A stretch of 61,045 bases of DNA, the filler included. It is 4 parts of 4 records of this genome, joined end to end, with 100 filler letters (N's around TTAATTAATTAA, not from the genome) between each part and the next. Parts side by side here need not be neighbours in the genome. Positions count along the whole stretch, not along the records: positions 8,374 to 17,454 come from SRR31156797_8001; positions 17,555 to 30,420 come from SRR31156797_8002; 2 more parts are not named here. One strand, given 5' to 3'. How positions within the stretch are numbered: the first letter of the stretch is position 1; each line of letters opens with the position of its first letter. Shown in pieces: positions 8,805-19,983 of the stretch. Position numbers and translations under genes: made by a program. Below the pieces are notes generated by a model that did no database searches, had not been told where the DNA came from, and was given only the letters and a program-made list of their open reading frames with translations.

Positions 8805-9032
8805 ATGGATAGTATTCTTTTATTTATAAGCGGAGCAGAAATTGTAATTGTATTGGTTGTAATTCTTTTGTTATTCGGATCGAAAAAGATTCCGGAATTG
8901 GCTCAGGGATTAGGGAAAGGTATGAAGGAATTCAAACGTGCTGCCGACGATATTAAAAAGGAAATAAAAGACGAAACGGATATTCTTGAAGATATTAAGG
9001 ATTTGAAAGATGATATCACAAAGAAATTATAG
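8805..9032 (+). CDS. tatA: Twin-arginine translocase TatA/E subunit
   Basis: E...[32 protein letters not shown] 8805 preferred over GTG 8787. Confidence 0.93.
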   Translation: MDSILLFISGAEIVIVLVVILLLFGSKKIPELAQGLGKGMKEFKRAADDIKKEIKDETDILEDIKDLKDDITKKL

Positions 9033-9081
9033 TTTCAATTAAAACTTTTCTTATCCGTATCAGGTAAATTTTTTCATATAA

Positions 9082-10017
9082 ATGGATTATTTGTATTTAT
9101 TCCTAGGATTTATAATCCTGTTATATAGTGGCGATTTGCTTGTTAAAGGCGGAGTTGCACTTTCCTCACATTTTAGAATATCAACTTTGGTTGTTGGAGT
9201 TACTGTTGTTTCTTTTGGAACATCGGCTCCTGAGTTGTTTGTCAGCTTGGATGCAGCATTATCTGGCAGTCCGGATATTTCTATTGGTAACGTTGTAGGA
9301 TCCAATATTTCGAACATTGCATTGGTGTTGGGCTTCACAGCAATTCTACTGCCTTTACCTGTACGAAGCAATTCGATAAAGTACGATTGGCCGGTGATGA
9401 TGGGTGCTTCGCTACTGTTCTACATTTTTATTTTAAATCATAAATTAGAAACTTACGAAGGAATAATTTTTATAATTCTTTTGATCTCGTTTATGGTGTG
9501 GACTATTTGGAACTCTAGAAGAGAGAATAGGGGATTGGCCGAAGAATTTCCTGAGGCAAAACACTCTATTCCTATAGCAGTACTATTATTGGTAGCGTCA
9601 TCGGTGGGATTGTATTTTGGTGCAAATTTATTGGTGGATAGTGCAAAAAATATTGCCATCGAATTTGGTGTTAGTGAACGTGTTATCGGATTGACTATTG
9701 TTGCCTTTGGTACATCGGTTCCCGAACTGGCAACTTCGGCAGTAGCGGCATTTAAAAAGGAGATGGACATTTCCATTGGAAATATTATAGGATCGAATAT
9801 CTTCAATATTTTTGGCGTTCTTGGAGTTACTTCAATTGTGAAAAATATTAGGATAACAGAGGCTATTATTTCTTTCGACGTGTTAATCATGTTGGCTATA
9901 TCAGTACTTCTATTTTTATTAATATTGCCGCTGAAAAAAGGAAAACTTCATCGATGGAAAGGAATTCTACTTCTGTCTTCCTATTTTATTTATGTATATT
10001 TGGTTTTCATGCAATAA
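9082..10017 (+). CDS. yrbG: Calcium/sodium antiporter (YrbG family)
   Basis: Two alpha repeats: GTSAPE..GNVVGSNISN and GTSVPE..GNIIGSNIFN. Confidence 0.92.
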   Translation: MDYLYLFLGFIILLYSGDLLVKGGVALSSHFRISTLVVGVTVVSFGTSAPELFVSLDAALSGSPDISIGNVVGSNISNIALVLGFTAILLPLPVRSNSIKYDWPVMMGASLLFYIFILNHKLETYEGIIFIILLISFMVWTIWNSRRENRGLAEEFPEAKHSIPIAVLLLVASSVGLYFGANLLVDSAKNIAIEFGVSERVIGLTIVAFGTSVPELATSAVAAFKKEMDISIGNIIGSNIFNIFGVLGVTSIVKNIRITEAIISFDVLIMLAISVLLFLLILPLKKGKLHRWKGILLLSSYFIYVYLVFMQ

Positions 10018-10027
10018 ATGAATTAAA

Positions 10028-10687
10028 ATGATTAGTGCAGAGCAAATCAAAAAAAGTTTTGGAGAGGTTAATGTTCTAAAAGGAGTTGATCTAAAGATAG
10101 AAAAGGGAGAAATTGTATCGGTTGTTGGAGCCAGTGGTGCTGGTAAAACTACCTTATTACAGATTTTAGGAACTTTGGATCGCCCTGATACAGGATCAAT
10201 TGTTTATGATGGAACAGATGTGTCCTTGTTGAATGAGAAAGATTTATCTGCATTCCGAAATTTAAATATTGGTTTTGTATTTCAGTTTCATCATTTATTA
10301 CCTGAGTTTACCGCATTAGAAAATGTGTGTATTCCAGCCTATATTGCCAAAAAATCAAAACAAGAAGCAACGTCAAGAGCAAAAGAATTGCTTGAAATGT
10401 TAAATCTTGATCATCGTTTGGATCATAAACCGTCTGAATTGTCAGGAGGAGAAAAGCAAAGAGTGGCTATTGCTCGTGCACTTATTAATGATCCTTTGGT
10501 TGTTCTTGCCGATGAACCATCGGGCAATTTAGATTCAAAAACGAGACAAGAACTTCACGAGCTTTTCTTTAGCTTACGAGATCAATTCAATCAAACTTTC
10601 ATTATTGTAACTCATGACCATGAGTTGGCTGAGATGTCGGATCGACAGATTGTAATTTCTGATGGATTAATAGAAAAGGATGCCTGA
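10028..10687 (+). CDS. lolD: LolD-like ABC transporter ATP-binding protein
   Basis: Walker [51 protein letters not shown]. Confidence 0.85.
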   Translation: MISAEQIKKSFGEVNVLKGVDLKIEKGEIVSVVGASGAGKTTLLQILGTLDRPDTGSIVYDGTDVSLLNEKDLSAFRNLNIGFVFQFHHLLPEFTALENVCIPAYIAKKSKQEATSRAKELLEMLNLDHRLDHKPSELSGGEKQRVAIARALINDPLVVLADEPSGNLDSKTRQELHELFFSLRDQFNQTFIIVTHDHELAEMSDRQIVISDGLIEKDA

Positions 10688-11456
10688 TTTAAATTCGATA
10701 GAATTGAAAGAGTTTCTCGATGAGAAATTTGAATTGTATAATCGGGAATCTTTTATTGGTAGTGATCCGATTCAAATTCCTAAACGATTTTCAAAAAAGG
10801 AGGATATTGAAATTGCTGGTTTTTTAAGTGCGGGAATTGCATGGGGGCAGCGACCTACAATAATTCGTAATGCGAATCGTCTAATGGAACTAATGGATGA
10901 GCAACCATTCGAATTTGTAACGAACGCATCGGATATTGAATTCAACACCTTTAAAGATTTTAAACATAGAACTTTTAATGGCGAGGATTGTATTTTCTTT
11001 TTAAAATCTCTTCGTAATATCTACAAGAACCATTTGGGTTTAGAATCGGTTTTTACAGCAGGATATAAACAATCGGGTGATGTAAAAGGTGCTTTATCCT
11101 ATTTCAGAAAAGTATTTTTTGAAATCGATCACCTGCAAAGAACGCAGAAACACATTTCGAATGTAGATAAAAAATCTGCGGCAAAGCGCTTGAATATGTT
11201 TTTACGCTGGATGGTGAGAAAGGATGAAAGAGCTGTAGATTTTGGTTTGTGGAGTGGAATAAATTCTTCTGGTTTGTATTTGCCACTAGATGTACACACC
11301 GGTAATGTGGGTAGAAAATTAGGATTGCTAACAAGAAAGCAGAGCGATTGGCAATCGGTTGATGAGATCACAACAAATTTAAGGAAGTTAGATCCAGCCG
11401 ATCCGGTAAAATATGATTATGCTTTGTTTGGGTTGGGGATTTTTGAAAAGTTTTAA
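10680..11456 (+). CDS. TIGR02757 / DUF2400 family protein
   Basis: [39 protein letters not shown]. Confidence 0.88.
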   Translation: MPDLNSIELKEFLDEKFELYNRESFIGSDPIQIPKRFSKKEDIEIAGFLSAGIAWGQRPTIIRNANRLMELMDEQPFEFVTNASDIEFNTFKDFKHRTFNGEDCIFFLKSLRNIYKNHLGLESVFTAGYKQSGDVKGALSYFRKVFFEIDHLQRTQKHISNVDKKSAAKRLNMFLRWMVRKDERAVDFGLWSGINSSGLYLPLDVHTGNVGRKLGLLTRKQSDWQSVDEITTNLRKLDPADPVKYDYALFGLGIFEKF

Positions 11457-11458
11457 GT

Positions 11459-12178
11459 ATGGCAAATAATTATTTTGACTTTAAAAAATTTAGAATAAAT
11501 CAGGAAGGTTCTGCCATGAAAGTGGGAACTGACGGAGTTTTGTTAGGTGCCTGGACTGATATTGAAGGTGCAGAAAGAATTCTTGATGTTGGTACCGGAA
11601 GTGGGTTGATTGCTATTATGCTTGCTCAAAGATCTGCTAAAAATCTGAAAATTGATGCAGTTGAAATTGACAGTTCAGCTTATGAACAAGCTGTTGATAA
11701 CTCCAATAATTGTCCTTGGCATTCAAAAATTAGCATTTGTCACCTATCGTTTCAGGATTATGAGAAGCAAAATTTTGGTGCGTACGATAGAATTGTAAGT
11801 AATCCTCCCTATTTTATGAATGGCTTAAAAGCGAAAAACGACGCAAGAACAAAAGCCAGAAATGCAGATCACCTTCCTTTTGAAGATTTGTTGAATGGGG
11901 CAAAAAATATGCTCAAACCAACTGGTACATTATCGGTTGTACTTCCTATTGAAGAAGGCAATTATTTTGAACGTATTGCCAGATTGAATGGCTTTTGTTT
12001 GAAAAGAAAAGTATCGGTTTTGCCCAATCCTGGAAAACTTGCAAAGAGATTTTTACTTGAATTTTCCTTAGAAGAAACTGAGGTTAAGGAATATGAAATA
12101 TCAGTAGAAAATGGTCAAAGACATGTTTATTCGCCTGAATACATTGAGCTAACCAAAGCTTTTTATTTGAAGTTTTAA
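11459..12178 (+). CDS. yfiC: tRNA1(Val) adenine(37)-N6 methyltransferase
   Basis: MKVGTDGVLLGAW, LDVGTGSG, SNPPYF. Confidence 0.9.
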   Translation: MANNYFDFKKFRINQEGSAMKVGTDGVLLGAWTDIEGAERILDVGTGSGLIAIMLAQRSAKNLKIDAVEIDSSAYEQAVDNSNNCPWHSKISICHLSFQDYEKQNFGAYDRIVSNPPYFMNGLKAKNDARTKARNADHLPFEDLLNGAKNMLKPTGTLSVVLPIEEGNYFERIARLNGFCLKRKVSVLPNPGKLAKRFLLEFSLEETEVKEYEISVENGQRHVYSPEYIELTKAFYLKF

Positions 12179-12921
12179 TTTCTTTTTTCGAGCTGAAAGT
12201 TTACCCACCATTCTTCTAATTCAAATTTATTTTGGTAGGCTCCAGCCTTCAATTTATCTAATCTTTTGTTGATATATTCCTTACTGGTTAAAGCTGAAAA
12301 ATATTCTTCATTGGCTTCATTAACACTTGATATACCTATGCTAATTATTCTTTTTTCGGGTATTGTGTTTGGGTATATTGTTTCAATAGGAATACGAACT
12401 CGTGAGCTATATAAAACCTGATTGTTGGTGCTTAAATAAACCTGAACAGCTTCATCTTTATTAATTGTAGATAGTAAAATACTTTCATTTATTCTGGTGT
12501 CAATGGTTTCATATGCCTGGAATCGATCCATTAATTCTTCTTGAAATTCAACGATAGAAAATCGGTTTATATATTTACGAAAGCTTTTATCAGTAAAAGG
12601 GAATTCAACAGGTAAAGGGTAATTAACCGCATAAACATTTTTTGAATGTCCATTAGGATCTATCCAAACACTTAGTCCTAGATTATAGATTTTTTGCAGT
12701 GTAATAGGTGAATTGGTTTCTAAAACAATATCCACAAATTTGTCATCGTTAAAAACTTTAATGCTTATTTTATCACTTGCATGATAAAAGTGGGCTTCCG
12801 ATTTCGAAAAAATATCACTTTTACTATTGTTATTCCAATTGCTATTAAAATATTTTCCTCCTGAGCAGGAAGAAATAAAAATTAGAACTATTGCCAGAGG
12901 TGCTAAACGTTTTCCAATCAT
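12175..12921 (-). CDS. Hypothetical lipoprotein
   Basis: 248-aa ORF with signal peptide and lipobox-like ISSC. Confidence 0.65.
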   Translation of the reverse strand: MIGKRLAPLAIVLIFISSCSGGKYFNSNWNNNSKSDIFSKSEAHFYHASDKISIKVFNDDKFVDIVLETNSPITLQKIYNLGLSVWIDPNGHSKNVYAVNYPLPVEFPFTDKSFRKYINRFSIVEFQEELMDRFQAYETIDTRINESILLSTINKDEAVQVYLSTNNQVLYSSRVRIPIETIYPNTIPEKRIISIGISSVNEANEEYFSALTSKEYINKRLDKLKAGAYQNKFELEEWWVNFQLEKRN

Positions 12922-12951
12922 GAATTATGCGCTTTAATTTTCAAAAATATA

Positions 12952-12990
12952 AAAAGCTCATGATAATAGTGGGGATTAACATGAGCTTTT
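12952..12990 (-). terminator. Probable terminator after the saccharopine dehydrogenase gene
   Basis: aaaagctcatg ... catgagctttt inverted repeat with A/T runs. Confidence 0.7.
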
Positions 12991-13013
12991 ACTTGAGTAA
13001 ATGATGTTGGTGA

Positions 13014-14345
13014 TTATATAATTTCCTCTTTTTCGATAAATTTTACACCCAGAGTTTCCAATTCTCTAAGTATTGGCTGGTACAACTCGGGCATGGTTGG
13101 TATGTGTACTCCCGGCATGTTTATTTTACCAGTTGCCAAAAGTTTTGTTGCTATGGCTAAGGGAGTACCTACAGTATAAGACATTGCGGTATGTTCTTTA
13201 TCATTTCCTTCAAAGGTCATTGAAGATACAATTCGCTTTTTCATACCCGTATTTTCATACACAAATTGGTGTTGCATCACCAATAGATCTCTATCATTTG
13301 GTCCTAATGCCCATTTCTTTTCAAGAATTTTTTGCAGAATCATGGCTGGTGTAGCATTTTTTACCCCTGATATTTCATCAGAGAAAATTCCAAGCCAAAC
13401 CAATTTTTTCATGATTTCCGAATTTGGATCAATACCAACAAATTCACACAGATTATCTTCAGTTGAATTGCCATTTTCAGGAAGAAAACTGTTGAGATAA
13501 TCACGATGAGTCAATTGATGTGAATTCTTCATGACGTAGCTATCATCGGTACAGCCCAATTGAACCAATACATTCCAGGCTTCGGAATAGCCCGGTCTTC
13601 GCATGGTTCCTCTCATTATAGTTGGAATATTGCCCAAGCCATATAGATCGATGTATTGCAATGAATCTCGGTTGGCATAAACCTCAAATTCTCCATAACC
13701 TTCAATTTCTGTCTGAATTAGATTATTGAAAAGATGATTGTATGGAATGTATTTGTAATGACCACCTTCTTTATATTGAGCAATTCCTTGTCCGGCAACA
13801 ACTACATTTCTTGGATTCCATGAGAATTTGTAATTCCAGGGATTGTCGTCGCATGAAGGAGCAACTAATCCACCGCAGAAAGATTTAAAAGAGAGTAATT
13901 TTCCACCTTCTTTTGAAATCTGATCAATCACCTTCATTGCCGACATATGATCTAGTCCTGGATCAACACCAAGTTCGTTTAGAAATGAAATACCTAATTC
14001 TTTAGCTTCCTCGTGTAATTCCATCATTTCCTCTGAAACATAGGAAGGCGTAAGCAAATGCTTTTTATATTTCAGACACTCTTTTGCTACAATAATATGC
14101 ATTGAAGCTGGTACCATACTAATTATGATATCTGCTGCTGATATTTCACTTGCTCTCTGTTCTAAATCTTTTAGATTAAATCTTAATGCCGTTCCATTGG
14201 GATGCACTCCAACTTTTTTCTGTGCAGTTTCCAGCGACATGTCCCCTACAGTAATATGCCAATTGTATTTCTCAGATTGTGTAAGTAAATAGTGAATCAG
14301 GTCGGTTGAAGATAAACCTGCGCCTATTATTAGAATGTTTTTCAT
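13014..14345 (-). CDS. Saccharopine dehydrogenase/reductase family protein
   Basis: Rossmann ILIIGAG, NELGVDPGLDHMSAM, SFCGGL, NPWNYKFSWNPR, YANRDS, TAMSYTVG. Confidence 0.88.
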   Translation of the reverse strand: MKNILIIGAGLSSTDLIHYLLTQSEKYNWHITVGDMSLETAQKKVGVHPNGTALRFNLKDLEQRASEISAADIIISMVPASMHIIVAKECLKYKKHLLTPSYVSEEMMELHEEAKELGISFLNELGVDPGLDHMSAMKVIDQISKEGGKLLSFKSFCGGLVAPSCDDNPWNYKFSWNPRNVVVAGQGIAQYKEGGHYKYIPYNHLFNNLIQTEIEGYGEFEVYANRDSLQYIDLYGLGNIPTIMRGTMRRPGYSEAWNVLVQLGCTDDSYVMKNSHQLTHRDYLNSFLPENGNSTEDNLCEFVGIDPNSEIMKKLVWLGIFSDEISGVKNATPAMILQKILEKKWALGPNDRDLLVMQHQFVYENTGMKKRIVSSMTFEGNDKEHTAMSYTVGTPLAIATKLLATGKINMPGVHIPTMPELYQPILRELETLGVKFIEKEEII

Positions 14346-14541
14346 TGGGTCAATTTTATATCAAGTATAGAGTTGTGGTTTGTATATTTAATACTTGTTT
14401 ATTTTCCATCTGACTTAAATTTACAACATTATGAAAGTAAAAACCACGAGAATGGATAGATTTTTTGATAATACTTTTCTATATGGGCATTTATATTTTA
14501 TATCAGTTGTTCATATCTTGAATCTATTTTTAAGGAATGAG

Positions 14542-14549
14542 TATATTTG
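14542..14549 (+). promoter_or_regulatory. Bacteroidota -7 element (TATATTTG) for mutS
   Basis: TAnnTTTG match upstream of the TTG start. Confidence 0.55.
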
Positions 14550-14593
14550 TTCGAGATAGAAAAATATAAAAATTTACTCTAAATATATTTCCC

Positions 14594-17209
14594 TTGGCAA
14601 AACAGAAAAAAGCCGTTGAAACTCCTTTAATGAAGCAATATTATCAGATGAAAGACAAACATCCTGATGCGATATTGTTGTTTAGGGTTGGTGACTTTTA
14701 CGAAACATTTGAGAGAGATGCAGTTCGTGCATCGGAAATTTTAGGCATTACTTTAACCAAGCGTGCCAATGGTTCTGCATCTTATGTAGAGTTGGCAGGG
14801 TTTCCACATCATGCAATAGATACCTATTTACCAAAATTGGTGAGAGCAGGTATGCGTGTAGCTATTTGCGAGCAATTGGAAGATCCTAAAAAGACTAAGA
14901 AGATTGTGAAACGAGGTATTGTTGAATTGGTAACTCCTGGGGTTTCATTCAATGATAATGTACTTGAACATCGAGAGAATAACTTTTTGGCTTGCATACA
15001 TTTAGAGAAAAACTCAGCAGGAATTGCTTTTTTAGATGCATCAACAGGAGAATTTCTAACAGCGGAAGGGAATTTTGAATACATAGATAAATTACTGGGA
15101 AATTTTCAACCTAAAGAGGTTTTGTATCAAAAGGGAAAGGAAAAGATTTTTCATGAATTGTTTGGCGGTAAGTTCTATACCTTCACTATGGACGATTGGG
15201 TTTTTACCGAAAGTGCTGCTAAAGATCGATTGTTACGACATTTTGAAACAACATCATTAAAAGGTTTTGGAGTACAGAATCTTCGCAATGGAATTATTGC
15301 ATCAGGAGCTGTTTTGCAATATCTCGATATCACCAAACATAGTCAGGCTGGACATGTTACTCAGCTTTCCAGAATTGAGGAAGACAGATATGTATGGCTC
15401 GATAAATTTACAGTTCGTAATCTGGAATTATTTGGAGCTTTAAACGATGGTGCTCATACTTTATCGCAGGTAATGGATAAGACATTATCACCGATGGGAT
15501 CACGTTTATTAAAACGTTGGATTGCTTTGCCTCTTAAGGATATTGCTAGAATTAACAGTCGATTAGATGTAGTAAAGTTTTTTCATTCACGAGAGAACGA
15601 AGCTCTTACCATTGAAGATGAGATCAGACAAATTGGAGATTTGGAACGTATCATTTCAAAAGTTGCAGTTGCCAGAGTTAGTCCAAGAGAAGTGATTCAA
15701 TTGAAAAATGCTCTGTTAGCTATTGAACCAATTCGAGATTTCTGTATGCAAAGTGGAAATGATGGTCTTTTGAAAATTGGAGATCAGTTGAATCCATGTT
15801 TGAGTGTAAGAGAAAAGATCGAGAAGGAAATTAAAGCCGATCCACCAAATATGGTGAGTAAAGGCGGAGTGATTGCTGATGGAGTTTCCGAGGATTTAGA
15901 TGAGTTAAGAAAAATTGCTTTCTCAGGTAAGGATTATTTGGTTCAAATGCAGGTTCGCGAAAGTGAGCGAACTGGTATTCCATCACTAAAAATAGGCTTT
16001 AATAATGTATTTGGATACTATATTGAGGTAAGAAATACACATAAAGATAAAGTGCCTGAAGAGTGGATCAGAAAGCAGACATTGGTTAGTGCCGAAAGAT
16101 ACATTACACAGGAATTAAAAGAATACGAAGAGAAAATTTTGGGTGCCGAAGAGAAAATTTTGGCTCTGGAAACTCGTCTGTACGATGAATTGGTGTTGGG
16201 AATTGCCGATTATATTTCAACCATACAGTTGAATGCTGCAATGATTGGTCGCTTGGATTGTTTGCTGTCTTTTGCACGTTTGGCAAGAGAAAACAATTAT
16301 TCCTGTCCTGAAATAAACGATTCTCAGGTGATCGATATCAGACAAGGTCGTCATCCGGTTATTGAGAAACAATTGCCAATTGGTGAGCAATATATAGCCA
16401 ATGATGTATTTCTGGATAATGAAAATCAGCAGGTGATTATTATTACAGGTCCTAATATGGCTGGTAAATCTGCTTTGCTGAGACAAACTGCACTAGTTGT
16501 ACTGATGGCGCAAGTTGGAAGTTTTGTGCCTGCTGAGTCGGCAAAAATTGGTTACGTAGATAAGATTTTCACTCGTGTAGGTGCTTCGGATAATATTTCA
16601 TTGGGGGAATCAACATTTATGGTAGAAATGAATGAGGCTGCGAGTATTTTGAACAATCTATCTTCCCGAAGTTTAATTTTATTGGATGAACTAGGGCGTG
16701 GAACCAGTACTTACGATGGGATCTCCATAGCCTGGTCAATTGTAGAGTACATTCATGAGAATGTTAAGTCTAAAGCAAAAACTCTGTTTGCGACACATTA
16801 TCACGAATTGAATGAGATGGAAAAATCATTTAACAGGGTGAAGAATTATAATGTTTCGGTGAAGGAAGTGAATAACAAAGTGATCTTCCTTAGAAAATTG
16901 GTTCCTGGAGGTTCAAATCATAGTTTTGGTATTCATGTGGCAAGAATGGCTGGAATGCCAAAATCGGTTGTGAAACGCGCTGATGAGATCCTACTTCAAT
17001 TGGAAGGGAATAAAAATGGAGAATCGCTTGGTAAACCTGTTGGCGAGATTGCACAACAAAGAGAAGGTTATCAAATGAGCTTTTTTCAATTGGATGATCC
17101 GGTATTGGAACAAATAAGAGGTGAAATTGCAGATTTAGATGTAAACAATCTAACTCCTATTGAAGCATTGAATAAGCTAAATGAGATAAAAAAGATCTCA
17201 GGATTGTAA
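14594..17209 (+). CDS. mutS: DNA mismatch repair protein MutS
   Basis: [56 protein letters not shown] start. Confidence 0.98.
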   Translation: MAKQKKAVETPLMKQYYQMKDKHPDAILLFRVGDFYETFERDAVRASEILGITLTKRANGSASYVELAGFPHHAIDTYLPKLVRAGMRVAICEQLEDPKKTKKIVKRGIVELVTPGVSFNDNVLEHRENNFLACIHLEKNSAGIAFLDASTGEFLTAEGNFEYIDKLLGNFQPKEVLYQKGKEKIFHELFGGKFYTFTMDDWVFTESAAKDRLLRHFETTSLKGFGVQNLRNGIIASGAVLQYLDITKHSQAGHVTQLSRIEEDRYVWLDKFTVRNLELFGALNDGAHTLSQVMDKTLSPMGSRLLKRWIALPLKDIARINSRLDVVKFFHSRENEALTIEDEIRQIGDLERIISKVAVARVSPREVIQLKNALLAIEPIRDFCMQSGNDGLLKIGDQLNPCLSVREKIEKEIKADPPNMVSKGGVIADGVSEDLDELRKIAFSGKDYLVQMQVRESERTGIPSLKIGFNNVFGYYIEVRNTHKDKVPEEWIRKQTLVSAERYITQELKEYEEKILGAEEKILALETRLYDELVLGIADYISTIQLNAAMIGRLDCLLSFARLARENNYSCPEINDSQVIDIRQGRHPVIEKQLPIGEQYIANDVFLDNENQQVIIITGPNMAGKSALLRQTALVVLMAQVGSFVPAESAKIGYVDKIFTRVGASDNISLGESTFMVEMNEAASILNNLSSRSLILLDELGRGTSTYDGISIAWSIVEYIHENVKSKAKTLFATHYHELNEMEKSFNRVKNYNVSVKEVNNKVIFLRKLVPGGSNHSFGIHVARMAGMPKSVVKRADEILLQLEGNKNGESLGKPVGEIAQQREGYQMSFFQLDDPVLEQIRGEIADLDVNNLTPIEALNKLNEIKKISGL

Positions 17210-17354
17210 TCAGAGAAAAAAAATAAAAAAAAGTGAGGTGCCCATTATTAAAGGCTTTCGGCGCGTACTGTCTGAATTTCAATGAGTCAGAAAAGTGGGA
17301 TTGACGGAAGTTTTTAAGATGGTTTAAAAAAAATGAGATAATTATTTTTTTTCT

Positions 17355-17385
17355 TTTGCAGAATCAAAAAATACGCATATATTTG
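17355..17385 (+). promoter_or_regulatory. Bacteroidota promoter (-33 TTTG, 19-nt spacer, -7 TATATTTG) for the tRNA
   Basis: TTTG at 17355-17358 and TATATTTG at 17378-17385. Confidence 0.75.
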
Positions 17386-17429
17386 CATCGCAATTGAGAG
17401 AACAACGGTTCACTTTTAAAAAGCAAAAT

Positions 17430-17454
17430 GCGAGAATAGCTCAGTTGGTAGAGC
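17430..17454 (+). tRNA. tRNA 5' fragment, probably tRNA-Gly, truncated by contig end
   Basis: GCGAGAATAGCTCAGTTGGTAGAGC gives the acceptor 5' strand and D-arm; the anticodon is not visible, so Gly is inferred from the GCG start. Confidence 0.75.
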
Positions 17455-17554
17455 NNNNNNNNNNNNNNNNNNNNNNNNNNNNNNNNNNNNNNNNNNNNTT
17501 AATTAATTAANNNNNNNNNNNNNNNNNNNNNNNNNNNNNNNNNNNNNNNNNNNN
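17455..17554. other. Artificial contig-joining linker
   Basis: 44 N + TTAATTAATTAA + 44 N. Confidence 0.98.
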
Positions 17555-17555
17555 A

Positions 17556-18401
17556 GACCACTTGGGCGACATGGACTTTAAAGTAACCGGTACAACTGAT
17601 GGTATTACCGCAACCCAAATGGATATTAAAGTTGACGGGCTACCTTACGAAGTACTTGCTGAAGCTTTACAACAAGCCAAAGAAGGTCGTTTGCACATTT
17701 TAGGTGAAATGATGAAAGTAATTCCTGAAGTACGCGAAGACTTTAAACCAAATGTTCCACGTATTGAAACGGTACAGATTCCTAAAGATTTAATTGGTGC
17801 TGTTATTGGACCTGGTGGAAAAGTAATCCAGGCTCTACAGGAAGAAACAGAAACAGTTATTGTAATTGAAGAATCGGAAGACTTTGGAATTGTGCAGATT
17901 TCGGGAGCCGGATTAGAGCCAATTGAAGCTGCCAAAGCTAAAATTAAGGCCATTACTGCACTTCCAGAAGTTGGCGAAGTTTACCAGGGAAAAGTAAAAT
18001 CGGTGGTTTCTTTCGGAGCATTCATCGAAATTCTACCCGGTAAAGAAGGGCTTCTCCATGTTTCAGAGATGGACTGGAAACGTGTAGAATCGGCTGAAGA
18101 GTTTACAAAAGAGGGAGTTGAGATGGAAGTAAAACTAATCGGTATTGATGAGAAAACCGGTAAATTGAAACTTTCGCGCAAGGTGCTTACACCAAAACCT
18201 GAAGGTTATGTAGAACGTCCACCAAGAGAAAATCGTGGTGGTGACCGTAGGGGCGGAGACCGCAGAAGTGGCGGAAGAGACTTTAGAGGTGGAGACCGCA
18301 GACGAGACGATCGCCGTAGAGATGACCGCAGAGGTGGAGAAAACAGAGATTTCCGTCCACGTAAAGACGAAAATAACGACGCTCCAAAATCAGAAGAATA
18401 A
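17556..18401 (+). CDS. pnp: Polyribonucleotide nucleotidyltransferase, C-terminal part (5' truncated)
   Basis: [15 protein letters not shown] domain [13 protein letters not shown]1 domain [22 protein letters not shown]-rich tail. Confidence 0.97.
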   Translation, partial: DHLGDMDFKVTGTTDGITATQMDIKVDGLPYEVLAEALQQAKEGRLHILGEMMKVIPEVREDFKPNVPRIETVQIPKDLIGAVIGPGGKVIQALQEETETVIVIEESEDFGIVQISGAGLEPIEAAKAKIKAITALPEVGEVYQGKVKSVVSFGAFIEILPGKEGLLHVSEMDWKRVESAEEFTKEGVEMEVKLIGIDEKTGKLKLSRKVLTPKPEGYVERPPRENRGGDRRGGDRRSGGRDFRGGDRRRDDRRRDDRRGGENRDFRPRKDENNDAPKSEE

Positions 18402-18420
18402 AATTTTGATAGATATATAA

Positions 18421-18453
18421 AAAGACGCTCTGCTGTTAAGCAGGGCGTTTTTT
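18421..18453 (+). terminator. Rho-independent terminator after pnp
   Basis: aaagacgctctgct-gtta-agcagggcgtttttt. Confidence 0.85.
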
Positions 18454-18592
18454 ATAAAAATACTGGTCGTTAGCTTTCCAGCCTCCGCGAGATAAAAACT
18501 ACTTTCGGCCAATTATAAGCGTTTCTCCGACCGTTTAGCCAGATAACAACTTTTATACTGCTTTTCATTAACTTCGCCAAAAAATAAAGCAA

Positions 18593-19075
18593 ATGGGCAA
18601 CTGGGCAAAAGAACTTCTTAAACAAATTGACGAAAAACTAAAAGATATAAAAGACAAAGACATTCGTTTTTTTCGGATAGATGAATTCAAACGAAACATA
18701 AAACGGATCGATGATATTTCCGGCTCGTGCCCTGTTTGCCAAAAAGAGCAAATAAACATTAAAGAGGTGGTAATGTCAATTGAAGAAGCAATTTCTATTC
18801 CGGGTAAAAAGCGCCGTGAATACGATCGTTTAATTTCTCGTTTGTCGAAACACATGAGAAAAGAGCACAACTTTTATCCTCCTTATTATTTCACCTACTT
18901 AATTTCATTCTTTGGGATAGTATTTGGTTCAGTTCTGGGGTATATCCTTATGCAGACGAATTCAGAAATGAAACTTGAATTATTCTTGCTTGGCTTTGCC
19001 ATTGGTTTGCTGCCAACCTATGTTTGGGGGCATTTAAAAGATAAAAAGATACGGGAAGAGAAGCGGCTGATGTAG
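18593..19075 (+). CDS. Hypothetical membrane protein (CxxC motif, two C-terminal TM helices)
   Basis: 160-aa ORF; SCPVC; two hydrophobic segments. Confidence 0.7.
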   Translation: MGNWAKELLKQIDEKLKDIKDKDIRFFRIDEFKRNIKRIDDISGSCPVCQKEQINIKEVVMSIEEAISIPGKKRREYDRLISRLSKHMRKEHNFYPPYYFTYLISFFGIVFGSVLGYILMQTNSEMKLELFLLGFAIGLLPTYVWGHLKDKKIREEKRLM

Positions 19076-19231
19076 GATAAACACATTTTACACCATTCTT
19101 TAGTGTAGCAATTTAGGTTCTTGCTTCAGTGTTCTGAACACTGCCCTAAAGCACCGTTTAATAAATAAACCGATACTTCCATTAAACGCAAAGAGTTTTC
19201 AACAATCAAAAAAATATCCAATAAAAGCATG

Positions 19232-19239
19232 TATTTTTG
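19232..19239 (+). promoter_or_regulatory. Bacteroidota -7 element (TATTTTTG)
   Basis: TAnnTTTG match upstream of the kinase gene. Confidence 0.5.
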
Positions 19240-19266
19240 AATCCCTCAAAAAAGGGAAGCAACTAA

Positions 19267-19896
19267 ATGCAATTTCTGGTAATTGAAGGAAATATCGGAG
19301 CAGGCAAATCAACACTTTCACGTATGATTGCCGAAGAAAACAACGCAAAACTCGTTTTGGAGCAATTTGCCGACAACCCTTTTTTGCCTAAGTTTTACAA
19401 AAATCAGGAACGCTATTCATTTCCTCTTGAACTGTCTTTTCTGGCCGACCGCTACAACCAGCTAAAGAAGGAAATACTGGACCTCGATCTTTTCCATAAT
19501 TTTATGGTGGCCGATTATTATTTTGCTAAAACCGCCATTTTTGCACAAAACACCTTAAAAGACGACGAATACCACCTTTTCAGGCAAATATTTGATATTA
19601 TTTTTGAATCGATGCCCAAACCCGATCTCTATGTTTACCTGCATTCTGATGTCGAACGGTTGCTGAAAAATATTGAAACACGAGGACGTGATTATGAACA
19701 AAGTATAGATCCGGCCTACCTTGAAAAAATCAGAAAAGGATATTTTAACTTTTTTAAGCATATTACTTCTTTCCCGATACTGATAATCGACATTAATGGC
19801 ATTGATTTTGTGAAAAACCCTGACCATTATCAGGAATTAAAAAATGCCATTTTTAATAGTGATTATAAATTAGGTATAAACCGCCTGATATTGTGA
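19267..19896 (+). CDS. Deoxynucleoside kinase
   Basis: IEGNIGAGKST P-loop, NPFLPKFY, PDLYVYL, RGRDYE. Confidence 0.92.
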   Translation: MQFLVIEGNIGAGKSTLSRMIAEENNAKLVLEQFADNPFLPKFYKNQERYSFPLELSFLADRYNQLKKEILDLDLFHNFMVADYYFAKTAIFAQNTLKDDEYHLFRQIFDIIFESMPKPDLYVYLHSDVERLLKNIETRGRDYEQSIDPAYLEKIRKGYFNFFKHITSFPILIIDINGIDFVKNPDHYQELKNAIFNSDYKLGINRLIL

Positions 19897-19983
19897 TAAA
19901 AACTTTATTGCCGGCTTTTATATAATGAAAAGCTTTTTATTTTTGTCTACTCAACTGAAAATTATTAATATTTAGTATAAAGA

